NCBI GenBank assembly: GCA_963793865.1 | Contig: CAWCBP010000001.1 | Location: 224,001 to 288,000 of the forward strand | Source of the DNA: an uncultured delta proteobacterium | GTDB taxonomy: Bacteria; Desulfobacterota; WTBG01 | DNA: 64,000 nt | Reading direction: 5' to 3' | Shown: positions 9,216 through 18,084 of the stretch, piece after piece | How positions within the stretch are numbered: position 1 is the stretch's first letter | Layout: each line of letters begins with the position of its first letter | The notes under the pieces: generated by a model | Database searches by the model: none | The model's input: only the letters and a program-made list of their open reading frames with translations | Told to the model about the DNA's origin: nothing | Position numbers and translations under genes: made by a program

Positions 9216-10589
9216 GAGAGAGACAGCTTCCCGGGATTGAGGATGTGATTGGGGTCAAGCAGATTTTTAAGCCGGTTCATGAGTGCGCGGTTTTCGCTTC
9301 CTATGTCCATTTCCAGGAAGGGGGCCTTGGTTATGCCGATCCCGTGCTCTCCGGAGATGGTGCCGCCAAGTTCAAGGGTTGCCTGGAAAATTTCCTTCAC
9401 CGCCTGGTGTGCCCGGGCAACCTCACCGGGATTATTCCGGTTGATCATCAGGTTGGTATGGATGTTGCCGTCACCCGCGTGACCAAAGCTCACATTGATG
9501 AGCCGGTATTTTTGTGCAATCGCGCTCACCCGCCTGATAATTTCAGGGATCCTGCTCAAAGGAACCGTGATGTCCTCGTTGATCTTATCGGGGTTGAGTT
9601 TTAAAAGGGCCGGAGATATGGAGCGCCGTGCCTTCCAGAGCTGTTCTTCCTCCTCCGGAGAATTGGCGGTCTGGAAAGCGCTTGCCCCCTGCCCGCGGCA
9701 GATTTTCTCGATGGCCCGGCACTGCTTGCCGATGACCGCTTCATCGCCGTCAACCTCGATGAGCAAAAGGGCTTCCGCCTCGGTGGGCAGACCCATATGC
9801 AGGTAATCTTCCACGCAGCGGATTGCCGCCTGATCGATGAATTCAAGGGTGGAGGGAATGATGCGGGCGCCGATAATGGCTGAAACGGCAAGAGGAGCGT
9901 CATCGAGACGGGGAAAGGTGGCAAGCATGCACTGCCGGGCCGGGGGCAGGGGAATGAGCCGCACAGTGACAAGGGTGATGACGCCCAGCGTCCCCTCGGA
10001 ACCGACAAACAGGCTGGTGAGATCGTAACCGGCTACCCCCTTGAGGGTTTGCACGCCCGTCTTGAGCAGTTCTCCCGTCGGCAGCACCACCTCAAGGCCG
10101 AGAATGTAGTTCTTGGTCACCCCGTACTTCACGCAGCGGGGGCCGCCCGCACAGGTTGCGGCATTGCCCCCCATGGTTGAAAACTGCAGGCTGGCGGGAT
10201 CGGGCGGATAAAAAAGGCCTGACTGATTCGACGGCTTTCTGGAAGTCACCCGTAACCACGCCCGGCTCAACGATAGCAGTCAGGTTTTCCGGCGCGATGG
10301 AGACGATACGATTCATCCTGCTAAGAGCAAGCACCAGGCCTCCTTCAACGGCCAGAGAGCCGCCCGCAAAACCCGAACCCGCTCCGCGGGGTATGACGGG
10401 AAAGCGATGGAGGTTTGCGCAGCGCATGAGGGAGGAAACATGCTCCGCGTTCCGGGGAAAGGCCACCGCGTCGGGCAAATATTTCCGGTTGGTCGCGTCA
10501 AAGGAATAGCACATGCGCTCTTCAGGCGCAGTGAGGAGGTTGTCTTTACCGACGATGGACTCAATTTCCGCAAGAGGCAGTTTGTGCAT
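9212..10589 (-). CDS. glcD: FAD-linked glycolate/D-lactate oxidase subunit (GlcD-like), one frameshift near 10222
   Basis: N-terminal PRGAGSG, VEPGV in ORF 10092-10589; continues as GLFYPPDPAS, GSEGTLG, GHAGDGNIH, ISGEHGIG, LNPGK in ORF 9212-10270. Confidence 0.85.
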
Positions 10590-10632
10590 GAGATTATTCT
10601 TCTATATTATGGGGCGTTAGGCGAGGGATTTT

Positions 10633-10691
10633 TTGTCATTTGTGTCTTGGTCATTTGAAGTTGTTTGTTTCGGATTTCGTGCTTCGGATTT
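10633..10691. repeat. Degenerate 7-bp tandem repeat array
   Basis: TTGTCAT TTGTGTC TTGGTCA TTTGAAG TTGTTTG TTTCGGA TTTCGTG CTTCGGA. Confidence 0.55.
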
Positions 10692-10901
10692 ATGAGTGAC
10701 CATTACTAAAATTTCACCGGCCACACGTGAAACATTACCCCTTTGCTCAGCCACTGTCAAGGGCCTGCGCGGTGTGTTATTTTCTTGACTTTACTGCATA
10801 AATTTTCTATTTAAACTGACTGTTGTCATGAAAGGTATCTATCTTTTGCCTGACAGATCGTGTACTGAGGGGTAATTCATTTTTTTTAAGGAGGATAGCG
10901 A

Positions 10902-12191
10902 ATGAAAGAAGTTGTGGTGGTAAATGGAGTTAGAACGGCAATCGGTACCTTTGGAAGCGGTCTTAAAGATGTTTCGGTGGTCCAGCTGGGAGCACTGGTG
11001 ATTAACGGGGTGTTAAAGAAATCAAAACTCCGGCCCTTGCCGTCTGATAAAATGTTGCAGTATGCCCCGAAACCCCTTCAGGGGAAGGGTTTGATAGACC
11101 TGGAAAAGAAAGATCAGAACTGGGATGCGTCTCACACGGGTATCCAGGTTGACGAAGTGATCATGGGAAACGTGCTTCAGAGCGGGCAGGGCCAGAACAC
11201 CGCGCGGCAGGCCATGATCCGTGCCGGTATCTCCAAGGAAACGAGTGCCTTTACCATCAACAAGGTGTGCGCGTCCGGTCTCAAGGCGGTGGCGCTCGGG
11301 GCGCAGTCGATCCAGCTCGAGCAGGCCGAGGTGGTCATCGCCGGCGGCATGGAGAGCATGAGCAACGTGCCCTACGCCCTGCCCAACGCACGATGGGGAT
11401 ACCGGATGGATGTCAGCACCAAGGGAGTGCTCAACGACCTGATGGTGCTCGATGGCTTGTGGGAGATATTTTACGGCTACCATATGGGCCTGACCGCCGA
11501 GAATATTGCCGAGCAATACGGCATATCCCGGCAGGAGCAGGACGAGCTTGGACTTGTGAGCCACCAGCGCGCCCTGGCCGCAATCAAAGCGGGTGTTTTC
11601 AAGGAAGAGATTATTCCGGTGATGATCCCCCAGAAAAAGGGAGACCCGGTTCCGTTTGATACCGATGAGCGCCCCATGGACACCAGCATGGAAAAAATGG
11701 GCCGCTTGAAGCCCGTGTTTAAGAAGGACGGGACGGTCACCGCCGGTAATGCCTCGGGGATCAACGATGCCGCTGCAGCCGTGCTGCTCATGTCAGCGGA
11801 TAAGGCGAAAAGCCTGGGCCTGGAGCCGATGGTGAAAGTTGTTTCCTTTGCCTCGGGCGGCATTGATCCCGCCTACATGGGTCTTGGACCAATCCCGGCG
11901 GTAAAGAAGGCCCTGGACATGGCCCGTCTGACCATGAAAGACATTGACGTGATAGAGTTGAATGAGGCCTTCGCATCCCAGGCCATCGCCTGCATGCGGG
12001 AATTGGGCATGGACATGAAAAAGACCAATCCCCTCGGCAGCGGAATCTCCCTGGGACATCCCATCGGATGCACCGGCGCACGGCTTCTGGTTACCATCGC
12101 CCATGAAATGAAGCGCAAGAATTATACCTATGGATTGGTGACCATGTGCATCGGCGGCGGCCAGGGCATGGCCATGATAGTCAAACGATAA
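10902..12191 (+). CDS. Acetyl-CoA acetyltransferase (classical thiolase)
   Basis: INKVCASG, GGMESMS, TAGNASGINDAAAA, ELNEAFA, GHPIGCTG, MCIGGGQG; RBS AAGGAGG. Confidence 0.95.
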   Translation: MKEVVVVNGVRTAIGTFGSGLKDVSVVQLGALVINGVLKKSKLRPLPSDKMLQYAPKPLQGKGLIDLEKKDQNWDASHTGIQVDEVIMGNVLQSGQGQNTARQAMIRAGISKETSAFTINKVCASGLKAVALGAQSIQLEQAEVVIAGGMESMSNVPYALPNARWGYRMDVSTKGVLNDLMVLDGLWEIFYGYHMGLTAENIAEQYGISRQEQDELGLVSHQRALAAIKAGVFKEEIIPVMIPQKKGDPVPFDTDERPMDTSMEKMGRLKPVFKKDGTVTAGNASGINDAAAAVLLMSADKAKSLGLEPMVKVVSFASGGIDPAYMGLGPIPAVKKALDMARLTMKDIDVIELNEAFASQAIACMRELGMDMKKTNPLGSGISLGHPIGCTGARLLVTIAHEMKRKNYTYGLVTMCIGGGQGMAMIVKR

Positions 12192-12202
12192 ACATGGAGT
12201 GA

Positions 12203-12808
12203 ATGCGGTCAGGGGGATATATGGGTCTGATACGATTTGAGGGGATGATCCCGGCAAAGCTGATAATCCTGGTTGTAACGGCGCTTTTCGCAGTTTCCTG
12301 TGCCTGTTGGAATGCCATGCAGCCTTCGCGCAGCATCAAGATACCCCCCTACCGGATAGAATATTACCATTCCGCTGATGGTGCGCCGCCTTCGGCCGAC
12401 GACAAGAAAACCAAGGGATGGTACGAGCAGGCCGTGGACGACAATCTGACCATGCATTACCAGATAGCGCGGGTGGAGGAAAGCGGCATCTATTTTTATC
12501 AGCTCCTCTACCGCGCCGTTAATGCCGGCGACAGGCCGATTGCCATCTATGACCAGAATATTTCACTTGTTGACAGCTCAACCCAGCAGCCCATAGAGCA
12601 GGTACAGTGCTGGAACTGGCAGAAGGTGAGCGTTCCCTGCAACCGCATCGAGGCAATTCCCAAGGGCGAGGTGGTGAAAGAGGTGCGCTTCGGCTATTCC
12701 ACTGAGGAGCGGCATGCACCTGGTCTGAATATGAAAATAAGCGGTCTCGGCGCCAAGGATACTGTGCTCACCATCGATTTCCGCACCCCGGGTGGATTGT
12801 TGCAATAA
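12203..12808 (+). CDS. Hypothetical exported or lipoprotein
   Basis: Hydrophobic N-terminal segment ending AVSC; co-directional with thiolase; start uncertain. Confidence 0.6.
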   Translation: MRSGGYMGLIRFEGMIPAKLIILVVTALFAVSCACWNAMQPSRSIKIPPYRIEYYHSADGAPPSADDKKTKGWYEQAVDDNLTMHYQIARVEESGIYFYQLLYRAVNAGDRPIAIYDQNISLVDSSTQQPIEQVQCWNWQKVSVPCNRIEAIPKGEVVKEVRFGYSTEERHAPGLNMKISGLGAKDTVLTIDFRTPGGLLQ

Positions 12809-12881
12809 CACCGGGGACGGGAAGCAGCTCTGCCATGTGCCGCGCGCAGAGTCATGCTTATCTTCATTTCAATGAAAGCAG

Positions 12882-12910
12882 GTAGAGGGCGACCGGCCGG
12901 TCGCCCCTAC
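12882..12910. repeat. GTAG-family REP palindrome
   Basis: GTAGAGGGCGACCGGCCGGTCGCCCCTAC; near-identical copies at 15202 and 53253. Confidence 0.85.
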
Positions 12911-13016
12911 TTATGGTTATGAGCGCACTGTCATTCCGCACCCTTCGATTGCACGCAGGATCCAATACAATGCCTCATGCCACGCAATAAACACCACCTG
13001 CCTCAGGATGTAATCC

Positions 13017-13673
13017 ATGACGCTTCCCAAGACGAAAGCCATATCCCAGATTGAAGGAAAAATGGAGGAGCTGGACGAAACCTCCCTGCGCTACCGGGTG
13101 CTGCAGTCGGCGCGCAATTTTAAGACCTCGTGGATTGAGCTGGGCAATTACCTGCAGTCCGTATTTCAGGACAAGCACTACAAGCGCTGGAACTACACCA
13201 GCTTTGAAAGCTACTGCAGCAGGGAACTGGCCATTAAAACCACCACCGCCCTGAAGCTGCTGCGCTCGTACTATTTCCTGGAAAGCGAGGAGCCTGCGTT
13301 TCTCAAGGATAAGCTGGCCGATACCGGGAAGGTGGTTGCCCTCCCCAGCGCGGATTCGGTCGATATATTGAGGAGGGCGCGCTGCAGGAAAAACCTTGAT
13401 GCCGATGATTACCGGTCGCTCAGGGATAGCGTCCTGGAAAAGGGCGAAGAGCCCAAGGAGGTGCGCTACAAGCTCAAAAACATCCTGGAATCATATGCAG
13501 GGGGTGAAACGGAGGAAGAGGAAAAGAAACGGCGCAAGGCAACCATCAATCGCTGCCTGGGGGTGTTGAGAACCATCAAGCGGGAGATAGAGATTTCCGG
13601 CGTGCTTCCCCAAAAGATTGTAAAAGAAATTGACCGGCTGGTGGCGGTTATTCAAACCGGGATGTCGGAATGA
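13017..13673 (+). CDS. Hypothetical protein (helical, charged)
   Basis: 218-aa ORF directly upstream of lpxA; no recognisable catalytic motif. Confidence 0.7.
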   Translation: MTLPKTKAISQIEGKMEELDETSLRYRVLQSARNFKTSWIELGNYLQSVFQDKHYKRWNYTSFESYCSRELAIKTTTALKLLRSYYFLESEEPAFLKDKLADTGKVVALPSADSVDILRRARCRKNLDADDYRSLRDSVLEKGEEPKEVRYKLKNILESYAGGETEEEEKKRRKATINRCLGVLRTIKREIEISGVLPQKIVKEIDRLVAVIQTGMSE

Positions 13674-13702
13674 AGAACGCCGGGCGGGGTGCGGAGGAGT
13701 AG

Positions 13703-14527
13703 ATGAGTACCATTGATTCCACAGCACGAATCGGCGCAGGCGCGGACATAGCCGATGATGCCGTCATTGGACCGTGGGTCATCATTGAAGACGGTGTGAG
13801 CATAGGAAGCGGCACCCGTGTGGACGCGCACACGATTATCAGGAAGGGAACCACCATCGGCAAAAACAATGTCATTCATCCGAACGCGATGATCGGTGAA
13901 GATCCACAGGACCTGGCCTTCAAGGCCGGGACGGCGAGCTACGTGCGCATCGGTGATCACAATACCATCCGGGAATTTGCCACCATTCACCGCGGCACCG
14001 AACCGGAGTCGGTGACGGTCATAGGCAATCACAACCTGCTGATGGCGGTCTCGCATGTCGCCCATAACTGCCGTCTGGACGACCACGTCATCGTTTGCAA
14101 CTGCGCCCTGCTTTCCGGCCACGTGGAAGTTGAGGACTACGGGTTTGTCTCCGGGGGCGTTGCAGTCCAGCAGTTTGCCCGGATCGGCAGGCATGCCTAT
14201 GTGGGAGGGAACACGCGGGTCAACACCAACATTCCGCCCTTCATCAGGGCTGTGGGATATGATGCCGAGGCCCACGGATTAAATACGGTGGGATTACGGA
14301 GGCGCGGGTTCAGCAGGGAATCCATTTCGCAGTTGAAGCGCGCCTATGCCATTCTCTTCAGGTCCACGCTCAGGCTGGAGGAGCGGCTTAATCAGATTGA
14401 AAGGGAGGCGGATGGCGAGGAAACCCGCCAGCTTGTTGCCTTCATCAGGAAGCCGTCCCGCTACGGCTTCTGCCGCGCGGCCCGGGGCGGAAAGGGCGCT
14501 GCCGCCGTGGGGGATTCAGATGAATGA
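13703..14527 (+). CDS. lpxA: Acyl-ACP--UDP-N-acetylglucosamine O-acyltransferase
   Basis: Hexapeptide repeats; IGEDPQDL, IREFATIHRGT, SHVAHNC, GLNTVGLRRRGFS. Confidence 0.9.
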   Translation: MSTIDSTARIGAGADIADDAVIGPWVIIEDGVSIGSGTRVDAHTIIRKGTTIGKNNVIHPNAMIGEDPQDLAFKAGTASYVRIGDHNTIREFATIHRGTEPESVTVIGNHNLLMAVSHVAHNCRLDDHVIVCNCALLSGHVEVEDYGFVSGGVAVQQFARIGRHAYVGGNTRVNTNIPPFIRAVGYDAEAHGLNTVGLRRRGFSRESISQLKRAYAILFRSTLRLEERLNQIEREADGEETRQLVAFIRKPSRYGFCRAARGGKGAAAVGDSDE

Positions 14528-14588
14528 TGATAAGAGCCTGCTAGCGTTATGTCCCATGAATAACCTTTTCAGACAAATAAAATAAACA

Positions 14589-14704
14589 CGTCGTTGCGAG
14601 GAGTCCCGCTCGGCGGGATGACGAAGCAATCTCCATTTTTCACATTGAAAGCAAAGTATTACACTGCATGGGATTGCTTCGTCGCTATTGCTCATCGCAA
14701 TGGC
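14589..14704. repeat. REP-like inverted pair, GTC(G/A)TTGCGAG family
   Basis: CGTCGTTGCGAGGAGTCCCG...GACGAAGCAATCTC and GGGATTGCTTCGTCGC...TCGCAATGGC. Confidence 0.7.
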
Positions 14705-15165
14705 TATTTTTTTGCATTTGCCACCTTAACTTTCTTCGCCGCCAGCAGCTCGCAGGGCTTGCGGTTGCATTTCCGTGCCCCCATCTGAGCCACATTTATT
14801 TTGTACAGTTTCAAATCCAGTTTTGCGGGCAGCTTTTTAATTCCGTAGCATGACCCGTCTTTAACCTCCTCCAGTCTTCCTTCAATCACCAGGGTGGTGC
14901 AGGGTTCCTTGAGCTTTTCCACATGCCACCGCGGCATGCAGATGGTAAAGCAGATGTTTTTGCTTTTTTTGAGACAGTCCATTTTCCGGCCGGCGGTCAC
15001 CATCCCGCCGCCGGCAGCTAAGCCCATCAGGATGGTCTTCCTTCTGTACATGTAGCCCATGGGCAGGGCATATGGTTTGCTGCCGGCCAGGGACAATATC
15101 CCATGCTGGTTATCCTTAAGAAAGCGGTCAATCTCCCGCGCGCTGAGGTTCTTATAGTCACCCAT
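14704..15165 (-). CDS. Pyridoxamine 5'-phosphate oxidase-like (FMN split-barrel, NimA-like) protein
   Basis: EIDRFLKDNQHGILSL...PYALPMGY...GRKMDCL...ICFTI pattern; start placed at MGDYK. Confidence 0.7.
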   Translation of the reverse strand: MGDYKNLSAREIDRFLKDNQHGILSLAGSKPYALPMGYMYRRKTILMGLAAGGGMVTAGRKMDCLKKSKNICFTICMPRWHVEKLKEPCTTLVIEGRLEEVKDGSCYGIKKLPAKLDLKLYKINVAQMGARKCNRKPCELLAAKKVKVANAKK

Positions 15166-15201
15166 GTGTCGCATCCTATGTTGATTCGAAAATAGGTACA
15201 T

Positions 15202-15229
15202 GTAGGGGCGACCGGCCGGTCGCCACTAC
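15202..15229. repeat. GTAG-family REP palindrome
   Basis: GTAGGGGCGACCGGCCGGTCGCCACTAC. Confidence 0.85.
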
Positions 15230-15260
15230 ATGTGAATAAGATTAACGCGAAAAAGGTTGC

Positions 15261-15995
15261 TCACTGCTCCCACACCTGAAAGGTCCTTAAATTTTTTGCC
15301 TTGAGGGAATTGTCCCTGAGCACGATGCGCTCAGGCGTAACCCTGGTCATGATTTTGGTCTTGATGATGCTTTCCTTGAAGGCCTGCAGGGAAGCGGGGT
15401 CCTTGGGCATCTCGGGGAGCATATATAAAATGGTGGGAAAGTAGATTTCAAGCCCCTCGGAAAACCCCGGATCCTTGCCGGACAGCAATTCCGCCTTCCC
15501 TACAATCTGCACGCCCAGCGTCTCCCTGAAGTAATTTTCGGCCGGCCGGACATATGCAAGGGACACCTGGTTATTTTCGTTCATGTGAAAGAGCTTTTCG
15601 CCCTGCCGCTCTGACATGGCGTAGAGGGTCATGGTCTCGGGGTCAATCACAAACTCGATGATCGTGGCCAGCGGCTTGTTGTTGTGGCTGGTTGCCAGGA
15701 CGAAAATTTCCCGGCCGTGCTTTCCCCGCAGGACTTCCGTCACCCGTTTGGCGATTTCCTCCCGCGGCATGACCCCCAGCGTGGACTTTTTCAGGGTCAT
15801 GGTGGCGGAGGTATAGCCATCGACATCCTTGACATTTAAAGGATGGCAATCAACACATTTGACCGTTTCCTCCACCGGAAAGTGCATGGGCGGCATGTCG
15901 CCCGGCTTGACATAGAGCCGGGCGGGATCAATGGCATGGCACAGGGTGCCTGACAATACGATTGCCATTGCTGATAGCAGGTAGAGATGCTTCAT
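15261..15995 (-). CDS. Secreted protein with CxxCH heme motif and PNPOx-like split-barrel domain
   Basis: Signal peptide MKHLYLLSAMAIVLSGTLCHA; CVDCH; DGYTSAT; VLATSHNNKP...GEKLFHMNENNQVSL...GVQIVGKA; RBS AGGAGG. Confidence 0.7.
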   Translation of the reverse strand: MKHLYLLSAMAIVLSGTLCHAIDPARLYVKPGDMPPMHFPVEETVKCVDCHPLNVKDVDGYTSATMTLKKSTLGVMPREEIAKRVTEVLRGKHGREIFVLATSHNNKPLATIIEFVIDPETMTLYAMSERQGEKLFHMNENNQVSLAYVRPAENYFRETLGVQIVGKAELLSGKDPGFSEGLEIYFPTILYMLPEMPKDPASLQAFKESIIKTKIMTRVTPERIVLRDNSLKAKNLRTFQVWEQ

Positions 15996-16173
15996 CGCAG
16001 GGCCTCCTTGTAAAAAATTACTTAGATATGCTAAACATTTTGGAAAACCATATACCACAACAATTCAGGTTGCAAGAAATATTATTGCGGGATACAGTTA
16101 CATGAAGACATCGGTCATAGCTGCCGGCAAAAGTGCTGCTCTTGCCTTGGACGTGGAATAAAACCATATACAA

Positions 16174-16362
16174 ATGGGGCAACATATGGTCAGTATAGAT
16201 ACGGAAAAGTGTACGCGATGCGGCGGATGCATTGATCTCTGCCCGGTTATTGCAATAGGCATGATCAATGACGTGGTTACCATCGATGATGAACGCTGTA
16301 CCGGCTGCGGTATTTGCATCAAGGTATGTCCCATGCGGGCACCGCATGAAGTACATCCATAG
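16174..16362 (+). CDS. 2x[4Fe-4S] ferredoxin
   Basis: CTRCGGCIDLCP and CTGCGICIKVCP. Confidence 0.9.
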   Translation: MGQHMVSIDTEKCTRCGGCIDLCPVIAIGMINDVVTIDDERCTGCGICIKVCPMRAPHEVHP

Positions 16363-16384
16363 ACCCTGTCCACAAAGGATATAG

Positions 16385-17713
16385 GTGATGCCAAAGCATT
16401 ATGATGTCGTGGTAGTGGGAGCGGGTCCGGCGGGCTTGATGGCTGCCAGGACTGCGGCTGAAAATGGCCTGAGCGTAGCCCTGCTTGAGCGGAAGACCGA
16501 TATCCCCAGGATGTACCGGCTTGACGGCGGGGCCATCGGGCTGAATGAGTATCTGTTCGGCCAGATGGTCACCTTTAATCCAAGGGCGCAACGGCTCTGC
16601 GTGCCTTCTTCGGGCTTTTCCGTGCCCTATGCAGGGCCGTACGCCAACATCTACGGGTTTCAGCTCCATGCACCCGGCGGAAAGCGTCTCTTATTCGGCG
16701 ACTGGGAGGCGGCCGGGAAAAGGGGAGATAAGGTGCGGGTGGGCATCACTCTGGATAAGGAAATCCTTCTTAAGGGAATGCTGGAAGAGTGCGGGGAGGT
16801 TGGCGTGGAGGTGTTTCCCGGAACCAATGTGACCGGTATCGAGAAGAAAGGCGGGTCTGTCCGGGTTTCCGGCAACGGCTCATTTTTTGAAGGTTCATTT
16901 GTGATTGCCGCGGACGGTGTCAACTCTCGGATTGCCCGGCTTCTGGGATTCAACAGGGAGAGAACATTTAAAGGCACTCAAATTTATGTCACCTGGATCA
17001 TGGAGGGGGAACTGCCGGTTGACCCGGGAAGCTTTAACTTTATTCTCACCGAAAAAGGCATCTTCTCAATTTATCCTGATTATAAAAAAGGCCTCTACCA
17101 TCTGGCTGCGTTCGGCACCAATACCCAGGTTGATTTCCACGCCCGACTGGAATATTTTACTCAACAGGACAGGACCTATGCTCATTGGTTCACGAATGCC
17201 AAAAAAGTGGGGATGATTAACTGCGTGGCCAACCTTCTCACTCCCATTAAAGATCCCTTCAGAGATAATGTTCTTTTGATCGGTGATGCCGCCTGGATAA
17301 TGGAGTTCAGCAATATGGCGGCCCTGTGCACCGGCTGGAAGGCAGGCAATGCGGTTGCCCTGGCGGTGACGGAAAATAATCTCACCAGGGAGGGTCTGGC
17401 GAGCTACTTTGAGTACTGGGAAAAGTACTTTTACGGCCCTCACGGTGAGACTGATTTCGGCATCGGGGGAGGGGAGCTGTACGACTATCTCAGCGGCGAA
17501 GAGATGGACTACCTGGTCGGTTTGGTGAAGGAGCCGTTTCCTGCCAGCATGAACTTCTTTACCTTTTTCGCTGCCATCGGCGAAACCTACGCGGCACTGT
17601 TTCCCGGGATTGAGCAGGAGCGGCCGGAGATTATGGAAAAGCTGCTCAAAATGAGGGAAAACATGGAGGAGGAATTCAAAAAAACCGCCCGTCTCGGGTT
17701 TCCCAACAGGTAA
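16385..17713 (+). CDS. FAD-dependent oxidoreductase, geranylgeranyl reductase/FixC family
   Basis: YDVVVVGAGPAG, IAADGVNS, LLIGDAA; paired with upstream ferredoxin. Confidence 0.85.
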   Translation: MMPKHYDVVVVGAGPAGLMAARTAAENGLSVALLERKTDIPRMYRLDGGAIGLNEYLFGQMVTFNPRAQRLCVPSSGFSVPYAGPYANIYGFQLHAPGGKRLLFGDWEAAGKRGDKVRVGITLDKEILLKGMLEECGEVGVEVFPGTNVTGIEKKGGSVRVSGNGSFFEGSFVIAADGVNSRIARLLGFNRERTFKGTQIYVTWIMEGELPVDPGSFNFILTEKGIFSIYPDYKKGLYHLAAFGTNTQVDFHARLEYFTQQDRTYAHWFTNAKKVGMINCVANLLTPIKDPFRDNVLLIGDAAWIMEFSNMAALCTGWKAGNAVALAVTENNLTREGLASYFEYWEKYFYGPHGETDFGIGGGELYDYLSGEEMDYLVGLVKEPFPASMNFFTFFAAIGETYAALFPGIEQERPEIMEKLLKMRENMEEEFKKTARLGFPNR

Positions 17714-17771
17714 ATGAGAACAGTTTTAAAACAGACACTGATTTTTTATGAAAACCCTTGATCAATTTATC

Positions 17772-17799
17772 TTGACGGCCAATATGAAATTAGTATAGT
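17772..17799 (+). promoter_or_regulatory. sigma70-type promoter of the formate dehydrogenase operon
   Basis: TTGACG-16 bp-TATAGT. Confidence 0.55.
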
Positions 17800-17807
17800 G
17801 TGATGTT

Positions 17808-17862
17808 CAAATTGAGGGCCTGCATGGTTAAACAGCAGACTGCCGTAGAAAACGGGAAAATA
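17808..17862 (+). ncRNA. Candidate riboswitch aptamer (resembles, from memory, the DUF1646/Na+ riboswitch motif)
   Basis: AUUGAGGGC-CUGC-AUGGUUAAACA-GCAG-ACUGCCGUAGAAAACGGGAAAA between a promoter and an intrinsic terminator in the 5' UTR. Confidence 0.45.
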
Positions 17863-17868
17863 AATGGA

Positions 17869-17910
17869 CCCCTATCGGCTTTACTTTGGGCTGATAGAGG
17901 TTTTTTATTT
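17869..17910 (+). terminator. Intrinsic terminator/attenuator in the fdh leader
   Basis: CCCCTATCGGCTT-6 nt-GGGCTGATAGAGG (13 bp, 1 mismatch, G-U pairs) followed by TTTTTTATTT. Confidence 0.75.
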
Positions 17911-17957
17911 TCCATAAACGTTCCCGGTTGGTTGAAAAAAAGATATGTGAAATGACG

Positions 17958-18007
17958 GTAGGAGCGCCTTCAGGCGCGATGCGTTCGCGGCTTAAAGCCG
18001 CTCCTAC
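17958..18007. repeat. GTAG-family REP doublet
   Basis: GTAGGAGCGCCTTCAGGCGCGA...TCGCGGCTTAAAGCCGCTCCTAC; related half copy at 56058. Confidence 0.75.
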
Positions 18008-18084
18008 CGGTTATCTATGTTTCTGAGAGATAAATTCTCAGATGTGAGCCTGTAAGAAGCTATTTTCAGGGGGGAGGAAAAAGG

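Noticed and set aside
9212..10589. Programmed frameshifting or pseudogene status for glcD (also iorB, BON gene, DUF1302)
   Set aside because: No consistent slippery site with stimulatory structure; isolated indels in otherwise intact genes fit sequencing error better, pending read inspection
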